Below are positions 37,549-49,207 of a DNA stretch of 64,000 bases, piece after piece. The number at the start of each line of letters is the position of its first letter. Position 1 is the first letter of the stretch. The translations under genes were made by a program, and so were the position numbers. A model generated the notes under the pieces. The model was given only the letters and a program-made list of their open reading frames with translations. It made no database searches and was not told where the DNA came from. Source of the stretch: Mobula hypostoma (taxonomy: Eukaryota); the NCBI RefSeq assembly GCF_963921235.1, contig NC_086101.1:9364001-9428000 (forward strand), given 5' to 3'.

Positions 37549-39639
37549 GGTACAGAAAGGTGGTGAAGAGCTGGCAGCTGATCCAGGGGAGGGAGGGGTG
37601 GAGTGTGGGAATGTGTCAGAAGCCGGGAGGTGAGAGGTGGCAGAGCCAAGGATGATGGAATCTGGTCGGAGAGGAAGGTGCAGCCTGTAATAAAGGGAGG
37701 GGTGGGGGGGGGAAATTGTGTGGGGAGGGTGGGGGAGGAGGGGAAAGAGAGAGGGTGATGGGGGCTGATGCATCACGAAGAGAGAAAATTAAAAGGAAAT
37801 GTGAAAGAAAGGGACCAACTCCCGGAAGTCAGAGAATTCAATGTTCATGCCGGCAGGTTTCAGGCTGCCCCAGTGGAACATGAGGAGCGGTTCCTCTAAT
37901 TGATGAGACAAGATCACAACGGGTGCCCACGTGGAATCAGTTATTCTGTTTTCGACCCGTTTTATCCCCAGGAAATGCAGTAACAACAATAACAGGTCAG
38001 TCAGGATCCACGGCGAGAGACACGGAGTTTGCGTTCCACGTCCTTGACATCTTCATTCAAACGCTGCCTGGCCTCTGCGGAGTTCAAATATTTTCTGTTT
38101 ATTTTTAGTTTTTCGAGCATCTGATTTAAATAAACAAACAAGCAAACAACAACAGATGGGTCTGACGCACGAGAGTCTGCAGACGCTGGAAATTCCGAGC
38201 AACACAAAATGCTGGAGGAACTCAGCGGGTCCGGCTGCATTTATGGAAGGAATAAACAGACGATGTTTCCCGCCGAGAACCTTCATCGGGACTGGGAAGG
38301 AGGGGGGATAAAGTCGGAATAAGGCGGGGAAGGGTAAGGAGTACAGATGACATGTGAAAGATACACCAGGTGAGTCGGGTGGCGGACTGGGGGAGGGAGC
38401 ATGAAGGGAGAAGCTGGGAGGTGACAGGTGGACAAGGTGAAGGGCTGAAGAGACTCTGATGTGTTTTTTTCCGGCTCTTCCTGCAGTACCGGTTCCCAGC
38501 AGCAGGTGGGGATGCTCGCCGTGAAACTGATCTTTGCACAGCTCGCTATCCCCATCTGCTGGTTGAAAGCGGTATCGCCATGAACTGAACGTCCAAACAT
38601 TTATCAGCCGGTTTGGTGGAATCCCGAGTTCAGAGCATTAACAACGATGTCTGAAGTTGAAGGTCACATGGTGGCGTACCCCTTTCCTCTCTTGCCCATC
38701 CTCCCATGTGATCCTCAACCTCAGTCCTTTCCACTCACTCACTCCCCAGCCCTGTCAAACTCACTGGTGACAAAAGACCCCCACGCAGGTATCAAAGGTC
38801 ACACGCGGTTCTCTCATGTGAGTTTCTTTCTGCCCCTCCGTCACTCAGTGTTCCAGTGCCTCTTTCGCCCCATCCATCACTCAGCCTCGCTCACATGATC
38901 ATTTGGGACAGTTGTGTCACCCGAGCAAGGATTGTGTCACCCACTCGGGTGGGAAGGAGAGCCCAATGCAGGGGTCACAGGAAGGTACCACGTAGCAAAC
39001 AGGGTGCAGCAGAGGGAGGGGTGGGCAAGTGTTGGAGACATGCGGTCTGAGGAAGGGTGCACAGAAGGTAAGGGGCAGGGGAAATCCCGAGGGAGAGGAC
39101 AACCGGGATCAAAGTTGAGGGAGGTTCCGATGAAACTGTGTGTATGTGCAAGTGAAGACAAGGCCGTGGATAAAGGTAAATGTCTGAGCTCACGTGTCTG
39201 TGCGTGTGCGTGTGGCCGAGAAAGAGAGAGAAAGCCTGAGACATCTTCTCTGCTTTCCAGGTAGATGCAGGCTCAGAACTGGTCCAATTTTTCCATCTGT
39301 TTCAAAACTAATAGAAAGATGTGGCTGCCCGTGAGGACGCAGGTAAAGGGAGGCGGGATGTGCGGGATACAGAACGTACGCAGAAAGGTGGGGTTAGTTT
39401 AATTTGGTTTTATGGTCAGCACAGACATAGTGGGACCAGGTTACTGAGGGAACTGCGAAAATGCATTGTGAAGGCTCTGACCACAAAGAGTAATAAACAA
39501 GGGTGGATTCAGCTCTCTGTGAGAAACCCCCGGTCAAGCTGATCAGGCAGAGAGAGGAGTACAGTGAAGAGAGAAATCAAGAGGATAGGAAGAGAACACG
39601 CGATACCTCTGCAGATAATTTTAATGATAATTAGGATCA

Positions 39640-41083
39640 CTTCCTGAGGATTGCAGGGTGGCTAATGTAACCCTGCTTTTTTAGAAAAGGAGCGACAGAG
39701 AAACCGGGGTATTATAGACCGGTTAGACTAACATCGCTGGTGGGGAAAATGCTAGAGTCAGTTATCAAATATGAGATAACAGCACATTTGGAAAGCGGTG
39801 AAATCATCGGACAAAGTCAGCATCGATTTGTGAAAGGAAAATCATGTCTGACGAATCTTACTAGAATTTTTTGAGGATGTAACTCGTAGAGTGGATAGGG
39901 GAGAAAAAAGCTGTTGACAAGGTCCCACACAGGAGATTAGTGTGCAAACTTAAAACACACGTATTGGGGGTATGGTATTGATGTGGATAGAGAATTGGTT
40001 GGCAGACAGGAAGCAAAGAGTGGGAATAAACGGGACCTTTTCAGAATGGCAGGCAGTGACTAGTGGGGTATCGCAAGGCTCAGTGCTGGGACCCCAGTTG
40101 TTTACAACATATATTAATGATTTAGATGAGGGAATTAAATGCAGCATCTCCAAGTTTGCAGATGACATGAAGCTGGGTGGCAGTGTTAGCTGTGAGGAGG
40201 ATGCTAAGAGGATGCAGGGTGACTTGGATAGGTTAGGTGAGTGGGCAAATTCATGGCAGATGCAATTTAATGTGGATAAATGTGAGGTTATCCACTTTGG
40301 TGGCAAGAACAGGAAAACAGATTATTATCTGAACGGTGGCTGATTAGGAAAAGGGGAGGTGCAACGAGACCTGGGTGTGATTGTACACCAGTCATTGAAA
40401 GTGGGCATGCTGGTACAGTAGGTGGTGAAAAAGTCGAATGGTATGCTGACATTCATAGCGAGAGGATTCGAGTACAGGAGCAGGGAGGTACTACTGCAGT
40501 TGTGCAAGGCCTTGGTGAGACCACACCTAGAGTATTGTGTGCAGTTTTGGTCCCCTAATCTGAGGAAAGACATACTTGCCATAGAGGGAGTACAAAGAAG
40601 GTTCACCAGATTGATTCCTGGGATGGCAGGACTTTCATATGATGAAAGACTGGATCGACTGGGCTTATACTCGTTGGAATTTAGAAGATTGAGGGGGGAT
40701 CTTATTGCAACGTATAAAATTCTAAAGGGATTGGACAGGCTAGAGGTAGGAAGATTGTTCCTGATGTTGGGGAAGTCCAGAATGAGGGGTCACAGTTTAA
40801 GGATAAAGGGGAAGCCTTTTAGGACCGAGATGAGGAAAAACTTCTTCACACAGAAAGTGGTGAATCTGTGGAATTCTCTGCCACAGGAAACAGTTGAGGC
40901 CAGTTCATTAGCTATATTTAAGAAAGAGTTAGATATGGCCCTTGTCGCTAGAGGGATCGGGGGTATGGGGAGAAGGCAGGTACAGGGCTCTGAGTTGGAT
41001 GATCAGCCATGATCATACTGAAAGGCGGTACAGGCTCAAAGGGCCAAATGGCCTACTCCTGCACCTATTTTCTATGTTTCTAT
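39640..41083 (+). mobile_element. CR1 3' half, same subfamily as 34660-37548, disrupted
   Basis: Near-identical peptide (WIENWLADRKQRVGINGTFSEWQAVTSG...) with stops and indels. Tail ttttctatgtttctatg. Confidence 0.9.
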
Positions 41084-41394
41084 GACATTCATGAGGGGCT
41101 ACAGGCACATTGAGAGTTAAAGAGTAATTAGTGAGAGAACAGATTTCCTTAAGCGCTGATGTGGTTATCAACCGGTGGATCAGCTCGGGAGGGGAATGGT
41201 CTGAAATCAATATTTCCCATCCCTATTTCCCAGGGAAAACATCATGGGATCCACGGAATGAAGGAGAATGAACATCAACATCATGGAAAATCTCACATTA
41301 CAAAAGAGTAGGTGCTGATGATGTGAAAGCCAGCTGAGGTGGATAAATCCCCAGAGCCTGATCAAGGGCATGCGAAGACATCAGGAGTAGGTCC

Positions 41395-41920
41395 ACCCTA
41401 TTACCACAATTTCTGGGTTACCAATGATAGAACTAAACCATCTAACCTCTTCAGCTCGTCGGATGATTGCATTTCTTACACTAATGGCTAGAAGATCCAT
41501 TTTGCTGAACTGGAAAGAGATCAATCCTCCCACACATTTCATTGGTTCTCTCAAACTATGTTGTGTTTAAACTTGGAAAAAAATTAGAGGTGTAATATAT
41601 GATCCCTCTATTAAATTCAAAAAGACTTGGAAGCCACTTATTCAACACTTCCATACGATGTAATTTGAACTTTTCCAAACCTATTCTGTTTCTTTTTAAT
41701 ATACATCGAGATGAGCGGAGTCGACGACACTAATGGTTCCTTTTTTTTGACGTTACACAACAGTCCATGTCTTTTTCTTTCTTTAGTTTAGGTGGTTAGC
41801 ATTGTTTAGATTAGTTTTTCTATTGGGTAAATATTTTTTTTTCTTTTTCGTTTTTTTTGGTATATTATACTTGTATCTTGTACAATTGGGAGGTTTAATC
41901 CCTGTGGGCCAACTGGGTTT
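41395..41920 (+). mobile_element. L1-clade LINE ORF2 C-terminus and 3'UTR fragment
   Basis: IAFLTLMARRSILLNWKEINPP...WFSQTMLCLNLEKIR, followed by a T-rich UTR. Confidence 0.65.
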
Positions 41921-42364
41921 GTAGACAATAGACAATAGGTGCAGGAGTAGGCCATTCAGCCCTTTGAGCCAGCACCACCATTCACTGTGATCATGGCTGA
42001 TCATCCACAATCAGTACCCTGTTCCTGCCTTCTCCCCATATCCCTTCACTCCGCTATCTTTAAGAGCTCTAACCAACTCTTTTTTGAAAGAATGCAGAGA
42101 ATTGGCCTCCACTGCCTTCTGAGGCAGAGCATTCCACAGAACCACAACCCTCTGTGGAATTTATATTTAAATATGTTGGGTTTTCTATGTTTCTATTAAA
42201 CGTGCAGCAAATTCAGAAATCAAAGGTGGAGAGAGAGGGTGCAGGCTGGCTCAAGGACACAACTTGAGATGGGCTGGAAGGACAATCTGGGGAACTCCAG
42301 GCCGCTGAGCCTCACAGCTGTGATGGGAAAATTTCTCAGAGACAGGATCAAACTGAGTTTGACC

Positions 42365-44490
42365 AGAAAACCAAAGAACATAGGAGCAGAATTACGCCAT
42401 TCGGTCCATCAAGTCTACTCTGTCAATGCATCATGGCTGACTTATTTACCCTCGCAATCCTATTCTCCTGCCTTCTCCCGACAATCTGACACCCTTACTA
42501 ATCAAGAACACATCAACCTCAACTTTAAATATACTCAATGACTTGGCCCCCACATCTCTGTGACAATGAATTCTAGTTTCACAATCTAATGACTAAAGAA
42601 ATTCTCCATCACCAATGTACAAAAGGGATGTATTTGTATTATGGGTCTGTGCCCCTTGGTCCTAGATTCTCCCACTATCGGAGACATCCACTCCAACTCC
42701 ACTCTCTCTAGGCCATCCAGTATTTGACTGGTCACAATGAGATAACTCATTATTTTTCTAAACTCCAGCAAATGCAGGCACAGAACCATCAAATGCTTCT
42801 TCTAACTCACCCGTTCTTTACCAGGATCATTTTTCACAACTACCTCTGGACCCTCTCCAATGTCCCAACATCCTTTATGATACGAGGAGTCAAAACTGCT
42901 CACAATACTCCAAATGGAGTCTGACCAATGCCTTATCAAGGCTCAGCATTACATCTTTTCTTTTACACTCTTCTCCCCTCAAAATTAATGCTGACATTGC
43001 ATTTGCCTTCCCGACCACTGACTCAGCCTGCATGTTAAGCTTTGGATAATACTGCACCAGGATTCCCAAGTCTCTCTCCACCTCCAATTTCCCAATTTGC
43101 TGCACGTTTAATAGAAACATAGAAAACCTACAGCCCCATACAGGCCCTTCGGCCCACAATGCTGTGCTGAACATGAACTTACTTTAGAAATTGCCTAGGG
43201 TTACCCATAGCCCTCTATTTTTCGAAGCTCCATGTACCTATCCAGGAGTCTCTTGAAAGATCCAATCATATCTGCCTCCACCACCGTCGCCGGCAGCCCG
43301 TTCCACGCACTCAGCACTCTCTGAGTAAAAACTTACCCCAACCTCTCCTCTGTACCTACTTGAAAGCACCTTTATTCCTTCGATACCTTTATTCCCTCTA
43401 CCAACGTGCACGACCATGTACTTCCCGACACTATATTCCAGCTACCACTTCTCGGACATTCTGCAATCTAAGGCCTAATGCAGACTCCCTGATTCCTCAA
43501 CACTACCAACCCCTCCAGCTATCTTTGTATTATCCACAAAACCAGCAATTCTGCCATCCATATCAGTGACAAACAAAATGAAAAGAAGCGGTCACAACAC
43601 CAACCCCTGCGGACACCACTCATCACCGATACCCGACCAGTAAAGGACCTCTTTATTCCCCCTCTTTATCTCCTGAGAGTCAGTCAATCTTCTATCCGTG
43701 CTGGTATCTTTCCTGTAATTCCATGTACTCTCACCTTGTTTAGCAGCCTCATGTGCGGCTCCTTGTCAAATGCCTTCTGAATATCCAAGTAAACAACGTC
43801 TATTGACTCTTCTTTGTCTATCCTACCTGTTATTTCCTCAAAGAATGCAACAGATTGGTCAGGCAAGATTTCTCCTGAAGGAAAAATCATGCTGATTTCA
43901 ACCTATCATATGCCTTCAATTACTCTGAAACCTCATCCTTAATTACAGACTCTAACCAACCAGTGAAGTCAGAAGAAATTGCCTATAATTTCCTGTCTTT
44001 TGCCTCTCTCCCTTCTTAAAGAGTGGAGTGACATTTGCAATTTTCCAGTCCCCCAAAAGCACGAGTGAAAATTGAAAGATCAGCACTAATGTCTCCACAA
44101 TCATTTCAGTTACTTCTTTCAGAACCTCTGGGTCTCACTCATCTGCTCCAGGTGACTTGTCTACTTTCAGATCTTTCTGTTCTCCACCATCCTTCTCCAT
44201 AGTGATAGTGACAACACTCACTTCTGTGCCCTAACACTCTTAAAATTCTGGCAGACTGCTGGTGTCTTCCGCAATGAAGACTGATACAATGTACTTAATG
44301 ACTTTGTCCACCATTTCCAACGTAACTTTCTCGTGGTCTGATATTCACTCTCACCTCTCTTTCACTCTTATTTATCTGATAAAACTTTTGATATCCTCCT
44401 TTATATTATTGACTAGCTAACCTTCATATTTCATCCTTACAAACCGTTTTTTAAGTTTCCTTCTGTTAGTTTTGAAAAGCTTCCCAATGC
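42365..44490 (-). mobile_element. Decayed CR1 ORF2/3' end with a younger CR1 tail nested at ~43111-43365
   Basis: DVVYLDIQKAFDKEPH and LVRLHLEYCEQF, with an internal (TAGAAACA)n tail. Confidence 0.75.
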
Positions 44491-44569
44491 TCTCGCTCCC
44501 AACGGAGGACTTGTTCCCTTCCTGTTTCTCACTTCCACTCACACTGACTCAGTGGACAAACCCCCCACC

Positions 44570-45020
44570 ACGTTCTCCATTGAGTCATCCAGCCCGGGAA
44601 CTGCTGCTGGAAGATCATTAACTCAGTGAGAGACGCTCTTTGTTCTGCCCGAAACCTGTTGGTCTCCCAGCACAGCCAGATGTCGCGAAGGGAACGCTGT
44701 CGACAGGCACAGTCCAGGCTGCAGGAGGACGTGCTGAGGGACACAGTGGCTCTCAGTGCAGCCAGTGCAAAGTCTCTGGGAGAGGACCACAGTCGAGACT
44801 CCTTCTGCTACCACACATGGAGGGCCTGGGTCAGGTGGGGAAGCCCCGTGAACACTGAAATTTGTAACATCCCCGAGGCGATCTGAATGGCAATGGTTAA
44901 ATCAGTGTCAACACTACTGAATGTATTGACCATATGACATTAAGAATGTCAAATGTCATTTGAACTGTTTTAAACTTTTGTAGATATTTTATTATAAATA
45001 GAGCTTAATTTTTTAAAACG
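44570..45020 (+). mobile_element. Tx1-type LINE 3' fragment
   Basis: CCWKIINSVRDALCSARNLLVSQH...CRQAQSRLQEDVLRD resembles the Tx1 ORF2 C-terminus. AT-rich 3' end with ataaata. Confidence 0.55.
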
Positions 45021-45034
45021 TATGTTTACCTTTG

Positions 45035-47760
45035 CAGCACACAGAAAATGCCGGAGGAATTCAGCAGGCCAGGCAGCATCTAAGGAAAAGAGTTTTGGGC
45101 CAAAACCCTTCATCAAGACCAGAGAGAAACAGATGAGGAGTCAGGGTTAAAAGTTGGGGGAGGGGAGGGAGAAACACAAGGTGAGAGGTAAAACCGGGAA
45201 GGTGGGAGGGGTGAAGTAAAGAGCTGAGAAGTTGATTAGTGAAAGAGATACAGGGCTGGAGAAGGGGAAATCTAATAGGAGAGGACAGAAGGCCACGGAA
45301 GAAAGAAAAGGGGGAGGAGCACCAGAGGGAGGCGATGGGCGGGCAAGGAGATAAAGTGAGAGAGGGAAAAGGGGACAGGGAATGGTGAAAGAGGGGCTGA
45401 GAAATCGATGTTCATGCCATCAGGATGGAGGATACCCACATAGAATATAAGGTGTTGCTCCTCCAACCTGAGCATGGCCTCATCACCATGGATTGAAATG
45501 TCGGAATGGGAATGGGAAGTTTAATTAAAATGGGTGGCCACTGGGAGATCCTACGGTTTCTGGCAAATGGAGCATAGGTGCTTGGTGTAGCGGACTGCCA
45601 ATCTATGTCAGTTCTCACTGACGTACAGGAGGCCACACCAGGAACACCAGACACAGTACATAACCCCAACAGACTCACAGGTGAAGTGTTGCCTCACCTA
45701 AAAGGACTGTTTGGGGCCCTGAATGGTAGTGAGGGAGGATGTGTAGGGCCAGGTGTAGCACATGTTCCCTTTGCCAGGGGGGAGATCAGTGGGGAGGGGC
45801 GAATAGACAAGGGAGTCGTGTACAGGGAGAACCCTGCGGAAAGCAGAAAGCAAGGGGGAGGGAAAGATGTGCTTGGCAGTGGGATCCTGTTGGATATGAT
45901 GGAAGTTACAGAGAATTATGTGCTGGACACAAAGGTTGGTGGGGTGGCAGGTGGAGACAAGAGGAACCCTATCCCTGATGGGGTGGCAGGAGAATGGGGT
46001 GAGAGCAGACATCGTGAACTGGAAGAGATGCAGTTGAGAGCAGCATTGATGGTGGAAGGGGGGAAGCCCCTTTCTTTGAAGAAGGAGGACACCTCCAATT
46101 TTCCAAAATGAAAAGCCTCTCCCTGAGAGTTGATGCGGCGGAGACAGAGGAATTGAGAGAAAGGGGTGGCGTCTTTACAAGTAACAGGGTGGGAAGAGGT
46201 ACAGTCCAGGTAGCTGTGAGTGTCCGTGGGTTTATAACAGGCATCAGTAAATAAGCTGTCTCCAGACACAGAGACAGTGAGGCCAAGAAAGGGGAGGGAG
46301 GTGTTGGAAATGGACCAGGTAAAGTTGAGGGCAGGGTGGAGGTTGGAGGCAAAGTCGATGAAGTCGAAGAGCTCAGAATCGGTGCAGGAAGCAACACCAA
46401 TGCAGTCATCAATGTAGCATAGGAAAAGTGGGGGACAGACACCAGTAACATAAACTGTTCCATATAGCTGATAAAAAGGCAGACATAGCTGGGATCCTTG
46501 CGAGTGCCCATGGCTACCCCTTTAGTTTGAAGGAAGTGGGAGGAGTGAAAGGAGACATTACTGAGAGTGAGGACAAGTTCTGCCAGACAGAGGAGAGTGG
46601 TGGTGCTGGAGGAGAAATGCTGCTCAGTAAGAAATGGAGAGCTTTGAGGCCTTCCTGGTTGGGGGTGGAGGTGTATAGGTACAGGACATCCAGAGTGAAA
46701 ATAAGATGATTGAGACCAGGGAATTTGAAATCATTGAAAAGATCCAGAGTGTGTCAAGTGCCACTGTTGTAGGGAGGAAGGAACTGGACCAAGAGGGATA
46801 AAACAGAGTCGAGGTATGCCGATACGAGTTCAGTGGGGCAGGAAGAAGCTGAAACAATGGAACTGCCTGGACAGGCAGGTTTGTGGATCTTGGGTAAGAG
46901 GTAGAAAGGGGAGGTGCGGGCTGCGGGAACTGTGAGGTTGGAGGCAGTGGATGGGAGATCCCCAGAGCTTATAAAGTTGGTGATGGTGTGGGAGGCAGTG
47001 GCCTGGTGCTCCTTAGTGGGGTCCTGTTCGAGGGGTAAGTAAGTAGGAGATGTCTGAGAATTGTCACTGGGCCTGAACGGTAGAGGTCAGTACGCCAGAC
47101 TACTACAGCACCCCACTTATCTGCGGGTCTGAGGGTGAGGTGAGGATTAGTGCTGAGGGAGTGGAGAGCAGAGTGTTCGGAAGGAGTGAGGTTGGAATTG
47201 GAGAGAGGAGCGGTGAAGTGGAGATAGTTGATGTCCCATCAGCAGTTGGCAATGTAAGGATCCAGAGAAGGCAGAAGACCCGAGCGGGGTGACCAGGGAG
47301 AGGAGGAGGGTTGAAGACCGGAGAAGAGGTCATCGGTGCTTGTCCTCCCTCGCCCTTCAGTCTGTCGGATTGCACAGGAGAGAGGTGAGAGCACCAGCGA
47401 CCCATCAGCAGCCGCTGCGGCGCAGCTCCGGTCTCCCTGCAGCAGGAGACGGGTTTCGGAGGCAGCTGCAAACAACCGGCCCCGATCCCCGGCGGGGAAA
47501 GGCCGGGCACCCTCAGTATAGCTGGAACAACTCTCGGAATCTCCTCACCTCCACCACTGAAAAGATTCGCAGCCCCGGTCGGTGTTGCAGCGGTTGCCCA
47601 AGGCGCAGCTGCCGATTTGCGGCCTGTCCCCGGATCGGACCCACTCGCTCCCGGTGGCAATGGACGGCCCACTGGGCGGGGCTCACTCCTCGGCCGATGA
47701 GAGCCGGTCCGGCTGATTGACGGACCGCCTCCGAGAGCTGCAGAGTTCAGTCCGATGGAA
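45035..47760 (-). mobile_element. Penelope-like element (RT plus GIY-YIG endonuclease), degenerate
   Basis: Minus-strand remnants GVAMGT..PSYVCLF, CYIDDCIG (~46390-46420), YKPTDTHSYLDCTSSHP, and MYCVWCSWCGLLYVSE (GIY-YIG with CxxC, ~45615-45665). GC-rich 5' segment at 47300-47760; the exact 5' boundary is uncertain. Confidence 0.8.
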
Positions 47761-47914
47761 GCGCCGAGTTTGTTCACAGAATCACAGGAAGCTCCTGTCA
47801 GTAACTTTGTTTATCGCCTGTGCATGTGAACTTTGCGTTAATGAACTTGGGTACAGTTCACCCAGACTAACACCTTAGACCGCAAGTCACCAGGAGGGAC
47901 TCGATGTACACGGT

Positions 47915-48465
47915 ACAACACGCACAAAATGCTGGAGGAACTCAGCGGGCTTTTCTGCTTCTATGGGGGGATGAAAAGTACAGTCGTCGCTTCGGACCGA
48001 AACCCTTCGGCAGGACTGGGGAAAGAAGAACTGAAGTAGATATAAAAGATGGGGGAGGGGGAGAGACACACACGGTGATCGGAGTAACCTGAAGGGGGGT
48101 GGAGGATGAACTAAAGAGCTGGGAAGTTGATCGGTGAAAGAGATACAGGGCTGGAGAATGGGGAGTCTGATCGAAGAGGACAGAAGGCCATGGAGGAAAG
48201 AAAAGGGGGAGGAGCACCAGAAGGAGGCGATGGGCGGGCAAGGAGATAAAATGAGAGAGGGAAACGGGGGATGGGGAATGGTGATTGAGAGGGGGTTGGG
48301 GGCATTACCGGAAGTTCGAGATATCGATGTTGATGCCATCAGGCGGGAGGCTACCCAGACAGAATATAAAGTGTTGTTCTTCCAACCTGATCGTGGACTC
48401 AACACGACGGTGGAGGAGACTATGGTAATGTCCCCCACTTCTCCTTCACCATCCCGTCCACTTTT
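47915..48465 (-). mobile_element. Penelope-like 3'/terminal-repeat fragment
   Basis: RLEEQHFIFCLGSLPPDGINID-type end plus the cacaaaatgctggaggaactcagc terminal repeat. Confidence 0.7.
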
Positions 48466-48469
48466 TCCC

Positions 48470-49207
48470 AGTGGTGGGTAAATTGTTGGAGAAGGTCCTG
48501 AGAGGCAGGAATTATGAGCAATTGGAGAGACATAATCCGATCAGGGATAGTCTGCCTGGTTTTGTCAAGGGCAGGTCATGCCTTACAAACCTGATTGAAT
48601 TCTTTGGGGATGTAACAAAACATGTTGATGAAGGTAGAGCAGGGGATGTAGTGTATATGGATTTCAGCAAGACATTTGATAAGGTTCCCCATGCAAGACT
48701 GATTCAGAAAGTAATGAGGCAAGGGATCCAAGGAGACCTTGCTTTCTGGATCCAGAATTGGCTGGACCACAGAAGGCAAAGGGTGGTTGTAGATGGTCTG
48801 TATTCTGTATGGAAGATGGTGACCAGTGGTGTTCCACTAGGATCTGTTCTAGGACCCCTCCTCTTTGTGATTTTTATAAATGACCTGGATGAGGAAGCAG
48901 AAAGATGGGTGAGTAAATTTGCTAATGACACAAAAGTTGGGGGTCTTCTGGATAGTCTGAAGGGTTGTCAGAGGTTACAGTGAGATATTGATAAGATGCA
49001 GAACTGGGCTGAGAAGTGGCAGATGGACTTCAATTGAGATAAGTGTGAGGTGGTTCATTTTGGTAGGTCAAGATTGAAGACAGAATGTAATATTAATGGT
49101 AAGAACCTTGACAGTGTGGAAGATCAGTGAGATCCTGTCTAGAGGACACACAAAGCTGCTGCGCAGCTTGATAGTATGGTTAAGAAGGCGTATGGTGTGT
49201 TGGCCTT
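48470..49207 (+). mobile_element. CR1 RT fragment (resumes 51165-51645 after a Rex1 insertion)
   Basis: VVGKLLEKVLR...DFSKTFDKVPH...GVPLGSVLGP. The 3' piece ends in a ttctatgttctatg tail. Confidence 0.85.

Larger units (their letters stand above)
34098..39270 (+). repeat. Segmental duplicate of the TRIM gene 1 3' end and downstream flank (~5575-7035), interrupted by a CR1 insertion
   Basis: Collinear matches: 3'UTR (cattaattttaa...caacggaacagaaa...gcagccgcggg...ctaaagtccacc), 37890-38125 vs 6455-6697 (ttcctctaat...gagacaa...gttccacgtc...ttcaaata), and 39225-39270 vs 6990-7033 (ctgagac...ccaggtagatgcagg). Confidence 0.8.

Noticed and set aside
34755..37649. 964-aa host gene or domesticated RT with a novel N-terminus
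   Set aside because: The start is a TTG in flanking repeat DNA, and the first ~33 aa are chance read-through. The rest is ordinary CR1 ORF2 with its tail intact.
47103..47777. GC-rich ORFs (224 aa and 143 aa) as a CpG-island gene
   Set aside because: The peptides are low-complexity with no recognisable domain, and are contiguous with the 5' part of the Penelope-like element.
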